64,000 bases of DNA from Puccinia triticina. Its lineage: Eukaryota. The notes beneath the pieces were generated by a model. That model saw nothing but the letters and a program-made list of their open reading frames with translations, was not told the DNA's origin and did not search any database. Position numbers and translations under genes: made by a program. This document shows, one piece after another, positions 60,921 through 64,000 of the stretch. The stretch lies in contig CP110439.1 in NCBI GenBank assembly GCA_026914245.1, forward strand, positions 5,022,001-5,086,000, written 5' to 3'. Each line of letters starts with the position of its first letter. The stretch's first letter is position 1.

Positions 60921-63719
60921 ATGTCTTACCAACCTAGAAGAAAATCCTTTTCTGGACCTGTCCCCAAGTGGACACACATACCCAACCTAGTAATACCCCC
61001 ATTTGGTGGTCACACAAGACAAGCAAACACTGGATCAGTACCTAATCAATTTGGAATACCTGGACCTACTGAACAGCCCTGGAATGGAAATTATGTCCCT
61101 GCAAAATTTGGAGTCAATTACCCTGGAAATCCATACCTACCCACCAATCCTGGCCCCATGAGGAATGCCAATCCTCCTAGTTCTGGAAGCCCTGCCTTGG
61201 ACCCTCTCCCTGAACCATTCCAACCTGTAGCAGCCCAGTCAGCAAGTATCTCTCCAGCCCAAAATTACCAGATGGGAACCAACACTAGCAATCCTCACCA
61301 TTTCTTGGAAGCCAATATCCAACTCCCAGCCTACAACCCAGAACCTTTTGGAAGAAAACCTGTCAAGATCAAATCCATGGCCAAAGGCCTCTTTTTTGAT
61401 GGTTCCAACATGGAAATCAGTAACTTCATCAAGAGGCTAGAAAATGCTGCTCAACTGGATGGTGCCCTAGGATGTGATATAGCCATCCAAATCACTGTCT
61501 TCTTGGAAGGAGAATCACTGATCAATGAGGTACAGGAAATGACTGAACAGGTTGGCCATGATTGGGAAAAGCTTAAACTGAAATTAGTCCAAAGATGGGG
61601 AAAAATGTTACCTCTCCTCAAGTACACCAGGAATGATTTGGACAAGCTCCTTTTTACTACTCAGGCCAAAGGAATCAAAACTCAGAAGGAATTCCAGGAC
61701 TTCAGCATCAAGTTGGACAACCTGGTAGCTTACCTAGTTAGGTGTCAGCATATGGCTAGTGCAGAAGAAATAAGACATGCAGTACTCAACTGTGTCAGCA
61801 CCCCCATCAAGGTATCAGTCTGTAGGGAGCTCCTTAGGGATAGACAAATGAAAAGCTCTGTGGATGGTTCCCATATTCTCCCTCCTTACCTAGTCATTAT
61901 GCACTACATCTCCAAGGAATTCAAGACCCTGTCAATTTTGGAGGAAGAAACAACCCAGGAAAAACCCTTAGGAATTCAACAGCCTGCAAAAATGAGTCAA
62001 CAAAACCAAACTCAGGATAAATCCATGGATCAACTCACTAGGAACCTTGCCAGTTGGAATGTCCAAAAGCCTTCCCCCTTTATCTCTTCCAGTCATGTCC
62101 CCTACAAACCAGCTCAATATGAGAGGTACCCTGCAACCCTGAAGTGCAATTACTGTCATATGATGGGCCACACCATGCATAGATGCAACCTATTAAACCT
62201 GGATGAACTCAATGGCCTCTGCAAGAAAGAAGGGAATACAGTCAGACTCCCTGATGGATCTCAAATTCCCTGGGACAGGAATACCCCCTACAAGGCAACT
62301 GTGGACCAGTTTCACCAAGCAAAGAAGCAACCAGGAGTTATCCACTTACCCTCTGGAACACTCAACCCAAATGCACAAGCAAGTAACCTGGAACCTCAGG
62401 TATCCTTTGGAGTAATAGAGCACATGGACCAAGATGTGGAAGCCTTGATGATCAGTTCTAGAAGATTACCCTTGGATTCAATGCTGAAGATCAAAGTCAA
62501 TAGTGAAGACCTGGAAGATGAAGACAGCTCCCCAGTTAGACTTATGACACCTTGCTTGTCAAAAATCACTTCCCAGGTCCTTGGAAATCTTGGAAATTCA
62601 GAAAAATTGGACAACAGAAGAGCAAAGAAGTTAGGATCAGCCAGTGGAACTAATAAAGAAACTTCTATCCCTGGGATTCTCTCACCAAACTTAATAGTTA
62701 AAGAACCTCCAGATACTCTATTTGCATTCAAAACTAAATTAGAATTAACTGAAGAAAAGGCCACAGAAAATATCAGCCAAAATGTCCCCCCAGAAGGAAC
62801 TTACTCACTCAAGCATGACTCAACCATTAATGAAGCTACATCTGAAGAAAATAAAACCACAAAAGAACCCACCCTTGGATGTTGCCAATCCTTTTTTCTA
62901 GAAAATTCTTGCCTTTCAAGTCCACTACCCTTGGATATTCTTGGAGCCCAGGCACCTTTTATAGATAGTAAAATAGACTCTTCCTTGGAACAATTCTCAT
63001 TACTCTTCACTCAGAATTTTGAGCCCATTCCTCTTTCCAACCAATCCTCAGCCAAATTGGAGACCTGCATTTTCCAGAAGGATCCTGGTAAACTTATAGA
63101 CCAAATATCTTCATCAGCCTCCATCACAAAGAGATCAACCTTGGATTTAGTAGGAAAACCCACATTGGAATTTGGTCCACCTTTTTTTGAAGAAAATTAT
63201 TCCCAGCCAAACTTGCCTTCCTCAAATTATCATGGTGCAAATTTATCCCTAGTTGATAAAACCTCCATTCCCAACTCAGCATCCATTTGTAGTTTGGGAA
63301 GCCATGTTTTTCACAAAGACCCTGGTAAACCCACACAAAGAAAATTGGAATCAGCCTCTCTAACAAACAATCCACAGGAATCACATTCTTTTCCAACTCA
63401 CCAGTTTATCCCTAATCACCTTGAATATCCACTCTTCAAACCCCCTGACACAAGCCAAAAGGATTCTGGCGCTCAATTTTTTCCGAAATTCCTAAAGCAA
63501 ATAATCAAGTCAACCAGTATTCAGCATAAACTCCCAGTACCTTGGTTTTCCCCAACTCCCCTTCCAAAAATCCAAAAGATTAATCTATGGAATATTTGGA
63601 TCCTTGCTAACTTCAAGTTCCATAGGTTGAAGGGCATGTCTCATATTGGTTTTGGTAAAACTCCAGGAACTTTCATATTGAAGGGACATGGACTATCCCT
63701 ACTAGTCAGAATCTCATAA
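60921..63719 (+). CDS. Ty3/Gypsy-type gag-like protein (932 aa) with CCHC zinc knuckle and long S/P-rich tail
   Basis: LFFDGSNMEISNFIKRLENAA...WEKLKLKLVQRWG capsid-like region and CNYCHMMGHTMHRC. No protease/RT motifs seen. Followed by PPT-like GGGGGTGGC and TGTTG. Confidence 0.7.
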   Translation: MSYQPRRKSFSGPVPKWTHIPNLVIPPFGGHTRQANTGSVPNQFGIPGPTEQPWNGNYVPAKFGVNYPGNPYLPTNPGPMRNANPPSSGSPALDPLPEPFQPVAAQSASISPAQNYQMGTNTSNPHHFLEANIQLPAYNPEPFGRKPVKIKSMAKGLFFDGSNMEISNFIKRLENAAQLDGALGCDIAIQITVFLEGESLINEVQEMTEQVGHDWEKLKLKLVQRWGKMLPLLKYTRNDLDKLLFTTQAKGIKTQKEFQDFSIKLDNLVAYLVRCQHMASAEEIRHAVLNCVSTPIKVSVCRELLRDRQMKSSVDGSHILPPYLVIMHYISKEFKTLSILEEETTQEKPLGIQQPAKMSQQNQTQDKSMDQLTRNLASWNVQKPSPFISSSHVPYKPAQYERYPATLKCNYCHMMGHTMHRCNLLNLDELNGLCKKEGNTVRLPDGSQIPWDRNTPYKATVDQFHQAKKQPGVIHLPSGTLNPNAQASNLEPQVSFGVIEHMDQDVEALMISSRRLPLDSMLKIKVNSEDLEDEDSSPVRLMTPCLSKITSQVLGNLGNSEKLDNRRAKKLGSASGTNKETSIPGILSPNLIVKEPPDTLFAFKTKLELTEEKATENISQNVPPEGTYSLKHDSTINEATSEENKTTKEPTLGCCQSFFLENSCLSSPLPLDILGAQAPFIDSKIDSSLEQFSLLFTQNFEPIPLSNQSSAKLETCIFQKDPGKLIDQISSSASITKRSTLDLVGKPTLEFGPPFFEENYSQPNLPSSNYHGANLSLVDKTSIPNSASICSLGSHVFHKDPGKPTQRKLESASLTNNPQESHSFPTHQFIPNHLEYPLFKPPDTSQKDSGAQFFPKFLKQIIKSTSIQHKLPVPWFSPTPLPKIQKINLWNIWILANFKFHRLKGMSHIGFGKTPGTFILKGHGLSLLVRIS

Positions 63720-64000
63720 GCCTTGCTACCTAGTCACACTCACCCAATTTGGGGGTGGCTGTTGTTGTTTCCTCATTTCCCCAAGAGATCAGTCCCTTCT
63801 CTCAGTTTTTTTTAGATTAATCTTCACACCCCAGCTCAAGCTCACCCAATTTGGGGGTGGCAAGCCAATATACTTCCCTTTCCTCTCATGACCTCTCCCC
63901 TCAAATTCAAGTTCACATATAGGAAAAAGGTGAAGATATAAAAAAACATGTCTCCCCCTCAGCCTCCACATAAAATCTTTCTCATCCTCAATTTCACTTT

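Overview
Eukaryotic fungal DNA, most likely a rust fungus (Pucciniales). This is inferred from short GT-AG introns, the TE families present and TpCpG-biased decay. Four host genes look intact: prefoldin subunit 1, SSP120-like EF-hand protein, BRCA2/Brh2 and a velvet-domain factor. They flank a dense nest of transposons that has destroyed a probable secreted-protein gene. The nest holds four Ty1/Copia elements (here called A-D), a DIRS/Ngaro-type tyrosine-recombinase retroelement and MITEs. Elsewhere lie more MULE/CACTA MITEs, a Harbinger remnant, a PDX1 fragment and a nearly CpG-free Gypsy gag-like ORF. The most unusual signals are in the LTR elements. (1) The Copia B LTR carries an intron-containing segment followed by an exactly spliced copy of itself. 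(2) The Copia A LTRs contain 4-5 canonical introns whose removal extends Pol in frame. (3) A 353-bp TRIM has identical LTRs that each contain a tRNA-Ala-like Pol III cassette, reminiscent of plant Cassandra elements with 5S rRNA. (4) Three primer-binding sites match half-molecules of tRNA-Lys, tRNA-Tyr and tRNA-iMet, all ending at tRNA nt 40. Coordinates were counted by eye and may be off by a few bases. No database searches were run, so novelty is unverified.
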